From the NCBI RefSeq assembly GCF_000150275.1, contig NW_002060961.1, positions 1,216,826 through 1,280,825 of the forward strand: a stretch of DNA of 64,000 nt, given 5' to 3'. The notes below the pieces were generated by a model. That model did not search any database and was not told the origin of the DNA. It worked only from the letters and a program-made list of their open reading frames with translations. Position numbers and translations under genes: made by a program. This document shows, piece by piece, positions 61,920-64,000 of the stretch; the first letter of the stretch is position 1, and every line of letters begins with the position of its first letter. This DNA comes from Trichoplax adhaerens (lineage: Eukaryota > Animalia > Placozoa).

Positions 61920-62490
61920 GACATGTTCAGACGATCGTGTAATCGTATTAGATTGGCTTAAGGACTATATTTAACTCTCGTCAGATTACGTGATTATGTT
62001 CGTATTAATGAAAGTTGCTGGTTAAGTTGTAATGTAAAAATTTGATAAAAAAAAAGGAGACATGACGATGCTTGCTGTCGTATTTTAATCTATCGTATAG
62101 TACGTCACTGCGTTATCTATGCCTCATAAAGATTATATCTAACTTAGATTAGATTAGATTAGATTAGCATTAACTAATGGATTTAGCTGGTTAACTTGTA
62201 ACAACTTGTAAATTGTAGATAATGTAAAATTTGATATAAAGGGAGAGGTGACAGTAAGTCACTGTGCTATCTATGCCTCAGCATTTTCAGATGGTCGTAT
62301 AATCGTATTAAAAATATATAAGGACTATATTTAATTTTCATTAGATTAAGTTAGTATTAATGAATGCTACTGGCTAAATTAGACAAAGTAGATAAAGCCA
62401 GATTTTAGATAAAAAGGCAGATATGACAGTATATTATTGGGATATCGATGCCTCGTTCTGTTCAGATGGTCATATAATCATGTTAGGATG
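61920..62490 (+). repeat. Degenerate tandem repeat, ~155-190 bp units, containing a short (TTAGA)n microsatellite
   Basis: ttcaga[c/t]g.tc.t.taatc at ~61926, ~62287 and ~62461; atc..atgcctc at ~62115, ~62270 and ~62443; ttagattagattagattagattag at ~62144. Confidence 0.75.
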
Positions 62491-64000
62491 CTACTGCAAT
62501 ATTACGATTTCAGTACATTTCAGCAGTTCTATGCTAAGGATATTCAATGATAGTATATAGTGTAGAACTGTACCCGAATGTCTTGATGAAATATGTTTTA
62601 ATTACGGCCAATATGGTGAAAAGGCTCTTATGTATAGTACTATGCGTTACAAAAGTATTTGAATAGCTCAAATTTTGAATTATCGATTGGAAACCTAAGG
62701 TTTACAATCCATGCACTACAGGTACTAAGGATAGATAACGCAGTAAGATAGTATTTAATCTATAACTGCATCAAGTAAGCCATATTGATGATTGTAAACT
62801 TGTAGTTCATGCTAAATTGCAAAGTAGGTGAGTAGTATAAATAAAGACTTATGAAAAGCTTTCAACCATTGCAGTGAAAGCATTAATTAAACAAAAACTG
62901 CAAAACAGTACAAGACGACGTTTCGCTGTTTACTGGCATTTTACCCATCATTTTGCCTCGTATTAAATCATAAATCATTCACTTGCTATTCACCTCCTAC
63001 AGGTTTACTGTACGCATATATGTCAGCATAATCTATTACTATCTTTAGTTTCCATTCGCTGTTGGATTCAGCTGAATGGCGAAAAGATGATCAATATGAA
63101 ATAATCCATAGTTCTAGTTCTATTGCGTTATACTTGGTTGCTTGTATTTAAGTCAAGAAATGAAATTACTTGCATACTTTTATAATTTATACGTAGCACC
63201 ACTTGGCATCTTACAAATTACTGATTAATAATGTGAATGTATTACTATTATAGAGCTATTGAATAGGGAGAGATTTCCATGCTTTTCATTCATGCAGAAC
63301 AAAGATTGCTATTCTCCTGCAAATTGCTATTACCCTCCGGTACAGTAGTTTACTGTTATAAATCTTGTCATGATGGCTGGCTTATTTCGATTTAAATGAA
63401 AAAGACTATTGTCATTGGGTGCTGAAGGCTACTTGAAGGCTGCAAGTAAATTTATGATATCTAGTGAAATATAACAAAGAAAAGGAATCAATCTCAATGT
63501 CTGGATTTATTTGCCAAGCGCTATGTGCAGTATCTTGAATGACTCCTTAACATAAATAATTTCCATTGGTGGTCTTAGTATGGGGTCCTGCATTAATATC
63601 ATTTGACCTTACTAGAATAATAATAAATAACATGCTTATGAAATTACTTTTGCTCAAATTCTCTAGAGATCCTTGAATGTAATTTAGGGTAATGTGATGA
63701 TAGCAATTGATTTCACTGAATGATATCACCTTTGCACGCCTTCAATAATTTTCGATATAATTAAAGTTACTATGATACCGGCAAAGGCTGCTTGTTTTAC
63801 GCGGAGATTGGATCGTCCTCCTTACAAGGATACTATTACAGCAAAGCAGCGGAAGGCTTCAGTTGAAGGTATATATACAAGAAAAATAGTGGCAAAGGTT
63901 AGGTGCTAGAATAACAGAACATTTACATCAAGGATCATGATTACCATATTGTACCAATAATTTAGTCTAGATCGATGATCCGACAGTTTCTAGTTACGTA

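Overview
AT-rich eukaryotic (animal) genomic DNA with short GT-AG introns. Composition, intron size and protein divergence suggest an early-branching metazoan such as a placozoan; this is inference and I have not verified it. Hand-splicing gives seven intact protein-coding genes: acylglycerol kinase AGK (-, 14 exons), two tandem CCDC134 paralogs (+, 7 exons each), ribosomal protein RPL9 (-), a PA-TM-RING (Goliath/RNF130-149-150 family) E3 ligase (+), an intronless class A GPCR (-) and a pogo/Tigger-derived CENP-B-like gene (-). Most short ORFs in the supplied track are spurious. Main oddities: (i) AGK has GGSG in place of the catalytic GGDG, so it may be a pseudokinase; (ii) islands of concatenated TA-CAG-TA / TA-CTG-TA units, the sequence of a Tc1/mariner excision footprint, sit in both divergent promoters and in one intron, and two of them are followed by tandem arrays with ~141-142 bp monomers and higher-order structure; (iii) a diverged CCDC134 duplicate; (iv) a GPCR with a GnRH-receptor-like N2.50/D7.49 swap; (v) a DD31E pogo-type protein; (vi) candidate spliced non-coding transcripts and a near-perfect 82-bp hairpin. 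Exon boundaries were read by eye and may be off by a few bases.
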